DNA of 54,998 nucleotides, filler included, from Perkinsus olseni (Eukaryota): NCBI GenBank assembly GCA_013115125.1. It is 2 parts of 2 records of this genome, joined end to end, with 100 filler letters (N's around TTAATTAATTAA, not from the genome) between each part and the next. Parts side by side here need not be neighbours in the genome. Positions count along the whole stretch, not along the records: positions 1 to 27,456 come from JABANN010000465.1; positions 27,557 to 54,998 come from JABANN010000466.1. One strand, 5' to 3'. Shown piece by piece: positions 27,456 to 38,300 of this stretch (position 1 is its first letter; each line of letters starts with the position of its first letter). The notes under the pieces were generated by a model. It saw only the letters and a program-made list of their open reading frames with translations, ran no database searches and was not told where the DNA came from. The position numbers and the translations under genes were made by a program.

Positions 27456-27456
27456 G
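25777..27456 (-). CDS. RanBP2-type zinc finger protein (at least 3 fingers) with polyQ/H/A tracts, 5' truncated at the gap
   Basis: WQCEQCGNINYANRLFCNMHKC (about 26975-27040), WVCSACNNVNYPHRAFCNGHHC (about 26255-26320), CLECGNLNYPRRTFCNKRGC (about 25810-25870). Confidence 0.8.
27389..27456. repeat. (TTG)n microsatellite abutting the gap, polyQ on the minus strand
   Basis: Directly visible. Confidence 0.95.
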
Positions 27457-27556
27457 NNNNNNNNNNNNNNNNNNNNNNNNNNNNNNNNNNNNNNNNNNNN
27501 TTAATTAATTAANNNNNNNNNNNNNNNNNNNNNNNNNNNNNNNNNNNNNNNNNNNN
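27457..27556. other. Artificial contig linker: 44 N + TTAATTAATTAA + 44 N
   Basis: Symmetric 100-nt spacer whose palindromic core gives stop codons in all six frames. Confidence 0.95.
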
Positions 27557-27962
27557 ATGGCGCGCGACGATTTGTACGTACAGATGTCAATACGTACGGA
27601 TGAAAATACGTACAGATGTAGGGCTACGCAATGTTGTTGTCCTACAGTGACTACAGTGCACGCACATACATACCATTTTGCACGCTTGCACACTGGGCGT
27701 TGAGTCGCTGGAGCATCGACTGTTCCTCGCCTTAGCACTTATTCACCCATTTTGAGATATGCTGGCTGTGCAAACTTGGCACGGAGCTAACGTTAACTAT
27801 TAAGCGGGGGTTCAAGTGGCTCTCCGCGTGGGGGGGGGGCTTTCTGAAGCTCCCACACTCGCAAAAACACAGCTCCAACAGTGGTTGGCCCAATGTTATC
27901 TCCAGCTGCCTAGCACTATATCGGCCAATTGCAGGTCCTAGTCTCCATCTTTTCCTCCGACT

Positions 27963-29681
27963 ATGCCTCCTCCAGCTGCCCCCTCCCGGGCTTCGACCGC
28001 TCGCGGTAGCTTTATAAAGAAAGTTCCCGTTGTCGGAGCAATTACCATGCTCTGTAAGGATTTTGGCTGGAAGCTCGTCCTGATGCTGCACTTCACCAAT
28101 CACTGGGCGAAAGGCTATAGCTACATCATGCTCGCTTCCAGTGTTCGATTCTACTTCCGCGCTATGAATGTGACCGGCCCAGACATGGACCGATATTACT
28201 CGGTAATTTTCATGCCTTGGGCGATGAAGCCATGGTTAGGGGTGATCTCGGACTCCTTCCCCATATTTGGTTATCACAAGCTTCCTTATATGATGATTGT
28301 GAGCATTCTCGGCCTCGGCGGTACCATCCTGGCGGTGTCGCTCAATCTGGTGGAGAGTAATGCACCGATTGCGGCGGTTGGGCTGTTCTTGGCCAATCTT
28401 CAGTTGATGGGATATGACCTACTCGCCGAGGCTGTGTACTCTCGACGTCTCGCCGGAGTACCCGAGTCGGGACCAGCTCTGGTCAGTTACGTCTGGGCTG
28501 GAAATCAGTTGCTTGGTCTCTTCGCCACTCTGCTCGTCGGGTTCGTCGTTGAATATGCTGATGGTGTGTGGGGACTCGGTGGTGCGCAGTGGGCGGTGCT
28601 GACGACGATTTTCACATCCTCGACGGTCATAGTACCCGCGTGGCTGAACTTTTTCGAGGAAAGTCGCGCTACGAAAGAGCGAGCCAGGGCTCACCGTGAG
28701 CATCTGTGGAACAATCAGAGAGCTGTCGCGATTCTCTCGGTTGCGGTTGGAGTTACCGCTGTGGGCTATTCTATCCTCAACCTAGCGGCCCAGTCGAATA
28801 CGGTTTCCTTCGTGACGGCTATCTTAACTGTTATACTCCTCACTGGCTCCGCATTCGCTGTGATGAAGCCAGTGATTGGGAAATTGATGCTGTTCAATGC
28901 CATTTCGCAAGTAACTATAATCTCCATTGGTGGGCCGTCTATCTACTTCTTCACCAACGACGAGCAGCAGTATCCTGCGGGACCTCACTTTTCCGACATT
29001 TTCTATGGCTCAGTCTTGGGGACTGTCGGACAGCTCTGCTCTGTTCTTGCTATCTTCGCATTCGGCAAGTTCATGAAGGGGTGGAAGTATCGTACAGTTT
29101 ATTTCACAATGACCTTGATGCTGGTCATAATGCAGCTTGGTGACCCGATAATTTTCTCCCGTCTCAACTTGCGGATCGGCATCCCCGATCATGTCTTTGC
29201 AGTTGGCAGCAGCGCGTTAGTAGCCGCGGTGTCCATGATACAGTTCATGCCGGGGTTCCTTATCCTATCTCACTTATGTCCGAAAAACATGGAGGCAACT
29301 ATGTTCGCCTTGCTGGCCTCCCTATCCAACTATAGCCAGAACGTCACTCCTCCTATCGCGGGCTATATCAGTCAATTATTAGGAGTCACCCCGCGAGGAC
29401 TACCCGGAGTTGACGAGTCTCAGACTTTTGATAATCTATGGATTGTATCAATGATATTCATAGGGCTCAGTACCACGTCGCTCTTCTTCTTGTGGCTAAT
29501 CCCCAATGCTAGGATGAATGAGCGCATCATGTCCGATGGCGACGATACTTCGGCTACCGCGGGCTCTCTACTCGATAAGTGGTTGCAGAGAAAGAGGCTC
29601 CTTACGGGAGATGATAAGTCAGCCACCAATGATAAGGCTACTGAATCTGTTGTGCAAGACAAGGATGATCTTATTGCTTAG
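27963..29681 (+). CDS. Folate/biopterin transporter (BT1/FBT family, MFS), intronless, 572 aa
   Basis: MPWAMKPWLGVISDSFPIFGYHKLPYM and LCPKNMEATMFALLASLSN family motifs; many hydrophobic segments. Confidence 0.93.
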   Translation: MPPPAAPSRASTARGSFIKKVPVVGAITMLCKDFGWKLVLMLHFTNHWAKGYSYIMLASSVRFYFRAMNVTGPDMDRYYSVIFMPWAMKPWLGVISDSFPIFGYHKLPYMMIVSILGLGGTILAVSLNLVESNAPIAAVGLFLANLQLMGYDLLAEAVYSRRLAGVPESGPALVSYVWAGNQLLGLFATLLVGFVVEYADGVWGLGGAQWAVLTTIFTSSTVIVPAWLNFFEESRATKERARAHREHLWNNQRAVAILSVAVGVTAVGYSILNLAAQSNTVSFVTAILTVILLTGSAFAVMKPVIGKLMLFNAISQVTIISIGGPSIYFFTNDEQQYPAGPHFSDIFYGSVLGTVGQLCSVLAIFAFGKFMKGWKYRTVYFTMTLMLVIMQLGDPIIFSRLNLRIGIPDHVFAVGSSALVAAVSMIQFMPGFLILSHLCPKNMEATMFALLASLSNYSQNVTPPIAGYISQLLGVTPRGLPGVDESQTFDNLWIVSMIFIGLSTTSLFFLWLIPNARMNERIMSDGDDTSATAGSLLDKWLQRKRLLTGDDKSATNDKATESVVQDKDDLIA

Positions 29682-31165
29682 TTTTCGTATTGCTTCTTGC
29701 GGTCCATACAGGACTACTTTCCTGTCGCCAGTAGATTCTCTGAAAACTTAGAGATACCACTCATTTCGCTATGTTTCAGGCCGACTCTCATGGAGCGGCA
29801 CCGTGGACTCAATGGCAGGGGAAGGCCACTTTTCCGGTTAGTATTTCTTTCTTCCTAACCGTTTGTAATATTCGTTCAACCCTGCCTCTATGGACCACAG
29901 TTATCGCTTTTCTGTCCGCTTTTCCCGACCAAGTGGTTCACATTATCGTTCAATGTTTGAGTCGCCGCCCCTAATGGACGACTTGGCTCCACTGGTCAGC
30001 TGGAGACTTCTTTGTCCCGTCGAGCTCGTCTGGGAGCTCGGACTCTAGGGGCGGTTTCTGCCGATGTCGAAGTTCTCAGGGGAGGTGTTGCGTTGGGCAG
30101 AGCCAATTGATCTCTTATGAAAGATTGACCAGAAGCATTCGACTCTTCCCTTTTGCGTCACGCGATTGGAAACCGCATGATTAGCCACCGCGCTCTTATC
30201 GCCCGACAGTACGGATGCTGTCCGCGTGTTCAATAGATCTCGCCTGAGTTTCAAGGACGCTCCCAGGATCGTATTTTACACGTTAAATTCAATCCTGGGA
30301 GCGCTCCTGATTTTCGGGAGAGGTCTATTGAACACCCCCTGTGCTCTCTTAGCCGGTGTGCGCGAAACGATTAAGGTCGCTGCGCATCACTCGGAGGCTC
30401 GCCTAAATGCTCGTGCGATGTTTCAAGAGTCGCTCCCGGAGTCCATCCATTAGTAACTCAGTCGATCGGGAGTGTGCGGTGAGGACTTACAGGTCGAAAA
30501 CCCGGCCCGAGAGCTTGAGTATGGGCTCAACGCTTACGGGTTTCCGACTGATAGTCAATGTGGCTATCAGTCGGAAACACGTGACTAATGGGACCGTGGT
30601 AATGTGACTAAGTCACATTAACACCTTCATGAGGCCCGACGCCTCTGCAGTCCCTCGGAAGGTAATGTCTCCCGATCATAAAATTGAAATCGACGAGAGC
30701 TCGGACGGATGACTCGGCATCGGTCGGGTCATCCCTATGGTGCCCTAGGCAACTGTTTCGTGCCTACGGGTGCGCGCCGCACTGTCTCGCAACCCCATCC
30801 GCTCCCTAGAACTTGTTTTCAATTCTTGATAACCACACACAAGGTTTCTGAGATCCCCGTGGACCCCGACGTACTCATGTACCGCTGTACCGGATCGATG
30901 TACTGCTACCTGTAAACGTTGCCATTCGAGATTGTCAGCCTCGGTATGAGGGAGGTTAAGTTGGATATGATACAGCCTTGGAAGTTGTATATGTTGTAGG
31001 ATATGGACTTTTCGAGTCTCGGAGATGATGTTTGTGGTCGACACACTTTGGGGAGAGCTAGTGTTTGTGGTAGTGCACGACCACCCCAGTTGTGGAAGCG
31101 GATTCTGCCGGGAGGAAAAAAAATAATCTCAGGTTTGCCCTAACCTCTGCCTGAGGGCTACTTGC

Positions 31166-31239
31166 TTTGGAAAGCACATGTGCTTGGAGGTACAGTTCGA
31201 GCCGGAGTCGTTACCTCACCTTGCTCGTCCCCTATTTTG
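31166..31239 (+). repeat. Dispersed repeat, copy 1 (74 nt identical to 54925-54998)
   Basis: tttggaaagcacatgtgcttggagg...cccctattttg occurs twice in direct orientation. Confidence 0.92.
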
Positions 31240-32335
31240 TGTTTGGCACACAACTCGGTCGGTCTCAGCTAGCGGCAGGTGTCAGCGCATTGCAGGACTC
31301 TTGTGCGCGCTCTGACCATTAGTTCCACGCATACTGTGACGCTCAGACCAGTTACTGTGGCGAGTGTGCCCAACACACCGATTTTTTTTCTTTCTTTCTC
31401 TCTCTTTGTACGGGGCAGGTTCAGCGTCCGATTCATTGATGTATATCGGCATAGTGCCCTGTCGTGTTTGGTCGGCGGCTGTATATGGATATTGCTGTAT
31501 ATCTGCTTCATCGAACCGCTGAGTCAAGATGATAGCCCAATCCTGTGGTGTCTTGTGTTCAAGTCGAGGTTTGGCACGCGAAGGCAATGAACTGTAGTGC
31601 TCAATAAACTTGCCTAAACTCATCCCTCTTGAAATGAGATACATCGGTGCTAGTTTAACAAAGTCGGTCCTGGGCGTTGGACTCAAAAAGCGTTAACTTG
31701 GATCCACTGTCGAATGCTCTGTCAATCTGGGAATCGATGAGACGAAACAGTCACTGAGGGTAGCTCTCACGAGCGAAACTCAAAGTAAGTTTAAGAGAAG
31801 AACTGCCCGGCAAACGATAGGGCCTATTTCATAAGCGCATCAAGGATCGAGGTCCCACAAGGTGAGAGACCTAACCTCAGGAGACTTGGAGGAAATTCAG
31901 GGCATTTCAGATGTCTGCAGGGCGGGGGGTTGAAGGCGCGGCCACCCTGACTCGATAGATCTTTAAGGAGCCTTTGTGGAGAACCCTAGTGAAACCCCCA
32001 AAGGTTCGTTAAGGCCCGAAAACTCTTTCGGGCTTTAGGCTCTGAAATGTAGAGTACGTTCGAGTGACACCTCAGGATTGAGATGTCGTGTGAACTCGTA
32101 GCTGTAGAGGGGATTGCTGCAGTGAGCCCATGACTCATTCTCCGATACGGTTGATATAAGGATACCCTGAAGGCCTCTCCTGCAGATTCACTGACGCTCA
32201 AGGTGTGACTCCCACGACTTCGAATGACGGGGGCCCACATGTCACTGTGGCTACTCAACAAGCGTCGGCTCATAAGAATCAGCATTTCAATCGATGAATC
32301 TTACAAGAAACTTAGGAACGACAACACGGCACACA

Positions 32336-35300
32336 CTAGGCTCCCTTCACAGCATCGTTGTGCAAATCCAACCGTTGCAGCATGATGTCGTAGAGTTTCT
32401 TGTATTTCTCGTCCCCATACCTCGGTACGGCATGACCCTGCTCGTGAGCTAGGAAGGAGTCCCCACCAATGGTATCATCACAAAAAGTCGCAGAAGCTTC
32501 ATCGGCTCGGGTACTCCTCACCACCACTATATTGGTACTATCTGCAGGTTTGTAGGTCTCCGATCCAGCGGGACCCACAGGGCTGAATAACACACCTTTT
32601 TTGACGAGACCTTCGCATAGCATCCAGTAGGCCATGCCACCACCCTGCGAGAAACCGACCACTCCGTCAGGCTTAACTCGCTGAACTTGCTCCCGCAAGA
32701 ATCGTTGACTCGAGAGAAGGCCTTCAGCGCCTATCCATCCCGTTTCATATGATTTGTCCTCGCTCTCGCCCTTCCACCACCACTCGTAACAATCAGCAGC
32801 GCTGATAGAACCTCCATAACCAGGGCCATGAGCTTCATGAGGGGCATTAACAAAAATAAAGTCAACGCCGAGGAAGTCCCCGAGCCCAGCAAGCTGCTGG
32901 GCGAAGAGTTCGCTGTTCGTACGGAATCCATGTAATGCGAGCCACTTCCCTCTGTGACTGCCTAAGGGCCGACTTATTCTCGGTTTCTTGGCAACAAGCT
33001 GGCTGAGCGGTAGGTGACCGACCAGCTCGCTCCCCACCAAGCCCCGCACGCCTGGCGAAAGCTTCCGAATCGCAGCCGAGAGCTGCAAGCGCGCCAGGGA
33101 ATCAAAGCCAAGTTCTTCGAGCGATCTGCTAGCAAGCTCTTCGTCTGACATAGGACCGAGGACGGAAGCATTGCCTCGCTGTCGGACAGCTGCTGTTAAA
33201 ATGGCTAGCTTCCCGTCCACGTCCGTCGATGAAGAGGCCGAGGATGTCTCACAACAGCCATGCCACACCGGGGATGCTGGCCATTGGGGAGGCTCCGGCA
33301 CAGCGACGTACGCAGCACCGGCTGGTTCAAGGTTTGCCAGCGGCCTCAGCAGGTCAACAGGAATCACTTCAGGAGCACGTACAGTAACTGTCGGAGGCTC
33401 CGCGACGAAGCTCGAATCAAGTGGGGTCGCAACCAGGGCTGCACCCTGAACGGGATCTTCGTTTCGACGCATATCCACGATCGTGGTATGCGGAAGACCG
33501 TTCTGCATCGGTGGCTCCATCCTCACGACTACTTTGCCGATGTTCTTCCCGGTGGTGAGGACCTAACCGACAGCATGGAGAGCGCTTATGGCCTCAATAA
33601 GCGCAATCGAGTCTCACCTCAAGCGCACGCTTCAGTTCTCCGCAGGGGTAAATCGTCACCGGCATGGAACTCTCGTCGGTGCGCACGGTGGCTGAGGCTT
33701 CCTCCCACACCCGCCTCATCAAATCGGAAACCTCGGCAGGCTCGGCTGTTCGCATGAACTCATCCAGATGGCACGCACTGTATGTCACACCTGAGCATCA
33801 ACATAGCGGAAGCGCTTTCAATCATCCTCCGAAAGCCACCTTGAGAACCGATTCCATTGAAGGAAGTGCTGTTGAGTTACCTCTAAGGAAGTGACTCAGG
33901 GGTAGGTTCACAGCTTCGAGCATTTGCTCTTTCTTGGCCAGGTCCAGTATGAAACCGTTAGAGGCAACCACTTCGAAGGACCTGAAATGAAACTTATCAG
34001 AAAAAAGGGAAGTGACCACGATGACTCAGAATGGGCGTGCAGAGATCGCGGATACGCCGACGCTCACCTGGATAGCTGGTCACCGTCGAGAGCGCCGATG
34101 ATGGCTGCCGGCCGCGGGGCCTTACCCGTCTTGAGCGGAACATACCATGAGGATACATCACGACTGTCGAAGATCTCTGATACGCCCTGTTTCTGAGGAG
34201 TTCAAGGAATCACCCCGTGGGGGATTTGCAGACCGAAGACTGTCGAATTTGCTCATGTAAAACTTCTAGGTCTATCATGGCCAAGGGCGCTGATGCGTCG
34301 AGGAGCAGCAGTGGAATGGTAAGCTCACCTGCAGCATTTCGACCTTCCTTCCATCCTTCAAACTGCACGTGCCCATTACGTGATGGCCGCGTCTTGAAAG
34401 CCAAGCGACGCAAGACAAACCAACACCGCCGGCAGCGGAGTGCACAAGTACTGTTCGCTTCGGACCACGATCGAGACCAGCGCGAAGATCGAGGGCTGAA
34501 GTGAATAAAGGATTTTCGTATGGCGTTCTAACGCGCCGTGCGCGTGGCATTGGGAGGTAATAAGTACTCCTACCGAGAATCGACGTGGCGTAAGACATTG
34601 GCAGTGCAGAAGCAGCCGCTGGACTTATATTGGATGGGACCTACAAAACCCCGCAGGTGACGTCACTCCGAGAAACAAAGCTTGCGACTCACCTTATAGC
34701 AGAACTCAGCTGGGAGGAGGAGCGTGGATCGCAGCCCACTAGCACCGAGTGTTACACATCCGACAAGGTCACCGGGGTGGACGTGATGAACTCTGACAAG
34801 AGAAGCAGACGCCGTTATCCCCGCCCTGCAGGAACAATATTGCAGAGTCCGATGTAAAGCGCCCAGCGAAACAGACTGAACGAGCGCTGCATGCAAGGAA
34901 CGAGCAAATGAAGTTGTGGCTCACCCTTCTCCCACAGCAGTGACGATGCCCGAGAGTTCACCGCCGAAGAATGACATGGGCATGGCTCCAGTGGCTGCCA
35001 GGGCGTCAAGGAAGGACAAACCCCAATTTTCAGCACTCACGCGAACGAAGCCTGAAAATTGTTGATGGTGGAGAGTATCGCGTGGACGCTGTGAGCAAAC
35101 CTCACCGGGAGCAACGGCGCCGCCATCAAACTGAACAGGCGCGAAGGTCGCATCCAAGTCTCCGCTACCAGCCGGTGTTATGACATACTCGCCGCAACCT
35201 TGGGGGCCTCCATAATCTTCAGGAATCTCAACTGGTCCGACCATAGGCCGCATCACCCGAGAGCTCAGAATTCGGCTTCTGATGTCGTCGCTGTCAAGTG

Positions 35301-38300
35301 TCTCGGCGTCTCCAACTCGGTACACGTGAAGAGTGCTCGTTGACGTCGTCGTCTGCATGGTGAAGCCTTCAAACGTTATCCAGTGACCAGAACACGGGCA
35401 GTGCAAGACCAAGTCGAAGCTGCGGGCCAGCGCATTGACCTCGGACTTCTTCACTATAACTTCCCAGTCCGTGCGTCCTTCCCCGTCGGGATGGTCCAAC
35501 TCGAAACGGACGCTCCTGATGTTGCTCGGGTACCCACCAAAGGCTGCAGGATCCAGTAGAGCACAAGCATGCGTGCATGCGTCCATGACCGCGGCCAAGT
35601 GGCGACCATCACTCACAGTGGCCATCATCATCCCATCGCGTCGTTTGGCGGATTTGAGGAGCCTGAAGGATGGGCCGTAGAAGAACCCCTCATTGTAGTA
35701 GCGCTGGTAGAGGTCACAGACTTCAACTGTATTCCAGCCACCGTCGGCGCTAGCACTTTCGGCCGTCAAGGCTCGCCTCACGTAGTTGGGTTGGTCACGC
35801 TTGATCTCCCTTCTCGTCGCGGAGGCGTACACAGTGTCCCCATCTCTGACTTCACCGTGCGTTGTTTCAACATGTTGGCCCTTGTCAGCCCAAAGAACTT
35901 TGTTGAAAGCTACCTTCTCGAGAGCACCGGTGGTAAACTTAGGATACCCGATGAGCCATAAAATCATAGCCGTCGCAGGGACAACGATACCGCCCTCTGT
36001 CCGGTGGTCAACCATCCAGCTCAACTCCTCATTCGTGGCCAGCTGACCTATGCTAGGTATCCAACTTGGACCGGGCTCAGGAAGAAGCCGACTCCATAGC
36101 GGCGCCTCTCGCGGCAGCCCTGCGGCGCTAAGGTATTGCTCCCAGTCAGAGACATCAGCGACCACCACATTGCGCGACTTCAAGTTGCCGGCGACGAGCT
36201 CGCCGAGAAGAGTGGCCATGGCCTGCAGGCCCTGCTGCGGGGCTAAAAAGCGCTCACCCGCTGCAGGATTCACGTTGTACTTGGCAGACATGCTCCCCAC
36301 GATGGATTTAGACCATCCGCCCCATTGAATCGACAGCACGTCCGCGGCCGAGTTGTCCGCGAAAAAGTCAGAAGCGGCGTTAGCAGCTGCATAGACCGAC
36401 TGCCCTGGACTCCCAAAGGCACTTGAGCTTGACGAGAAGAGAACGTACCGTGGTTCGGACCCTAATGCCTCCACAAGATTCACCGGGCCCAAGACCTTCG
36501 CTGCCACCGCTTGGTAGAGTTCCTCATAGATAGAAGGAGCATGTTCGACGAGAGCATCCTCCACAACACCAGCACAGTGGAAAACCGTCGTCACGGTGCC
36601 GCGATACTCGGATAAGGCGCTCACTAGAGAATCCCTGCTGCTGACATCAGCGGCTCGTACTTCAACGGGGCATGACAGGCCGAGAGAACTAGGCTGTGAG
36701 GAGGCCGATCGACCAACCAATACAATCTTGCTGCAGCGCAGGTTATCGGCAGCCCATTTGGCCACGAGCCGTCCGAGCCCACCGAAGCCGCCAGTGATCA
36801 CGACGACACCATCGAGGAGATGCTCCTTCAAATCAGATTTCGGCGTTCTTTGCGGGTCACGGCCGAGCTGCCGAACCCTGATTTTGCCGCCCACCACTCT
36901 GAACTCTCCCAGATTGGGCAGACGAGCGAGAGATGGAATATCGTTTGTGTTCAGGACCCGGACAATGCGCAGGCCTAGATCAGCACCGTGCTCGGAGACA
37001 AGCGATCTCGCAAAGCCGATAACCGGGCTCGCGCATTGGCAGTCACGAATGACCAAAACCGTATCCATGCGGGAGAGTAGACGACTGTTGGGAATGAGGC
37101 TCCTCTGGACAAACTTGATAACATCGCCAAGGAGACTTATCGGGTCAGCGTCGGGTTCCGGGTCAACAAGCACCACAGCTCGACCCAACGATCTCACCGC
37201 TACGTCAAAGTCGGAGACACTCCGGCACCACAGGACTTCTCCGCAGCTTGGTTCCGTCCCTGAGAGGCTGATGCCAGCGACCCGACCAGGAGTCTCGTCA
37301 TTGGGAAAGAGGGCAACGGGAAGCTCTTCCCAAACCTCAGTGTACGTCATACTTGCCAAGCCACTGGCAGTTGTCGCCCGGCAGGAGTCCCTCTCTGAGC
37401 TCCGATCCGGCGGCCAGCACTTTGTCCTTCTCCATCTCCTCGAAGGTAATGCGAGGGCCCTGCGCAGCCCCTCTCCATCGGGCACTGGCGGCTCGGACAC
37501 GATTCCCGAGGACCACATCGCTCCTCGGAGGGCTTGGTAGCTCTTGTCGAAGTAGCGCGCGGCACATAAGACCTCAGCGTCAGGGACGCACTCCCGGATG
37601 AGAGTTCTCATGCCGGCTCCAGGACCGACGTCGATAAACATCGTTCCACCTCTCCCGGCCTCCTTCAAGGCGCGTTCTAGCATTACTGTTCTTCTCGTTT
37701 GTCTGCACCAATATCGAACAGAATCAAAGTCGCCGTCGCCGTGAGTGGCCGTGCTGATGAGATTGTACTTGGAAGGTTTCTTCAGCTCTGGCACGAGGAC
37801 AGGGATTTGGCTCTCCAGCACGTCAACAGCAGCATCAACATAATAAGAATGGAAAGCTCCTGCGGTATCCAAAACTTTGCTAGGCACTTCCAGCGTGGTC
37901 TTGAAGGACTCTATGCCTTCAGGAGTGCCGCTCACAACAATGCGCTTGTCAGCATTCACGCAGGCCACTTCGACGCCTCTCGGTAGGTTCGGTAATTCCT
38001 CCATCGTTAGCCCGTTAATCGCAAGCATCTTTCCCGTATTGCCCTCAGTGATTAGCCTTGCTCGCAAGCGCACGACCTGCAAGGCTTGCTTCAGAGGCAT
38101 CACACCGCACACAGTGGCGGCCACCCATTCGCCAAGCGAAGCACCAAGTAGTTGGACTCGAGTGCCCTTATGTATAATACGTAGAAGACGTAAAGTCGTG
38201 GAATATGAAATGGAAAATAGAGCAACCTGTTGAGTAACAGGATTTGGATGACGGTGGTAGGTGAGTACAGGGTCCTCACCCAAAAGAGAGACAACTTCAG

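Noticed and set aside
31135-31150. CCCTAACC as a telomerase RNA template within a structured region
   Set aside because: Only 8 nt, expected by chance, and next to a repeated element; no other support.
29700-32300. Transposase or reverse-transcriptase ORF in the long intergenic region
   Set aside because: Only short ORFs; no RT, integrase or DDE motifs recognised.
36596-37540. 314-aa plus-strand ORF
   Set aside because: Antisense shadow of the GC-rich PKS exon with S/R/P-biased composition and no motifs.
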